A DNA stretch of 51,279 nt, filler included, from Bipalium vagum (Eukaryota), in assembly GCA_037834085.1 (NCBI GenBank). It is 3 parts of 3 records of this genome, joined end to end, with 100 filler letters (N's around TTAATTAATTAA, not from the genome) between each part and the next. Parts side by side here need not be neighbours in the genome. Positions count along the whole stretch, not along the records: positions 35,120 to 51,279 come from JBBMKC010124540.1; 2 more parts are not named here. The stretch is one strand, 5' to 3'. Shown here one piece after another: positions 50,680 through 51,279 of this stretch. The position numbers were made by a program, and so were the translations under genes. The notes below the pieces were generated by a model. The model did no database searches. It was not told the DNA's origin and saw nothing but the letters and a program-made list of their open reading frames with translations. Position 1 is the first letter of the stretch. Every line of letters starts with the position of its first letter.

Positions 50680-51240
50680 TGAGCATGAGATTTGAGAAAA
50701 ATATTAATATTGCTTATTTTAATAATCTAAAAAAATTATAAATAAAAATTTTATTTAATACGAAGAACCGGAGTAAAATATTAACTGATGAGAAAAAAGT
50801 CGAAAAGTATATAGATAAAATATAATAAAAGTGGTTTTGAGAAGTTTTCTTCGTTTTCCACAGACACACATATTCGCTTCTACAGAGAACAAAAACTGAA
50901 GTAAAAATTGTTTTTTTGTAAATACTTATTACAAAATCATATATACTGTGATTTTGAAGGTAACCTCTCATGAAAAAAGTTTGGTCTGATTTGAAGATAT
51001 TCACAAGTCTTTAACATTGACAACACTCTTACGCCTCATAGAACTCTTGCAGTAAATTTTCTGAATTGGAAAACAATTTTTATTTATCATTCATTGACTT
51101 AAGGGCAAATAATGACTGATGAGGTGTATGGTTCACTAATTTGCAATCTCAAAAGAGGTACAGCTACAAAACGTATTGGAAATCTAGATAGTTATCCATA
51201 ACACGAATCTCCTCAAAAAAATACCTGAGCGAATGTTTCA
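50680..51240 (-). mobile_element. Probable highly degenerate mariner (irritans-like)
   Basis: Only weak motif traces around the WVP..L and first-Asp regions. Confidence 0.35.
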
Positions 51241-51279
51241 TTTTAAACTTCAGGCAATTATATATAGTAAATAAATAAA

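Overview
Very AT-rich animal genomic DNA with spliceosomal introns (planarian/flatworm-like is a guess from composition and SPOC sequence style), containing two 100-nt scaffold gaps. Two protein genes can be rebuilt by hand from phase-consistent GT-AG junctions, arranged head-to-head. (1) A divergent calmodulin-like gene on the minus strand (~16.9 kb to 1065, up to 7 coding exons, about 172 aa) with a possible N-terminal extension, non-canonical EF1/EF3 loops and one intron shifted 4 nt from the vertebrate position. (2) A split-ends/SHARP (spen) orthologue on the plus strand (23083-33963, 2310 codons recovered) with only part of one RRM, a 5-kb low-complexity exon and a well conserved C-terminal SPOC domain. 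Most remaining sequence is decayed cut-and-paste DNA transposons: several mariner subfamilies including one with DD35D spacing, Tc1-like and maT/rosa-like relics, a young 250-bp Tc1-derived MITE and a 422-bp Buster-type hAT deletion derivative. I found no RNA genes, CRISPR or recognisable retroelement. I see no clear new multi-gene system; the best leads are the apparently RRM-reduced SPEN, its in-frame alternative splice options, and the atypical calmodulin-like protein. Family assignments come from remembered motifs, not database searches.
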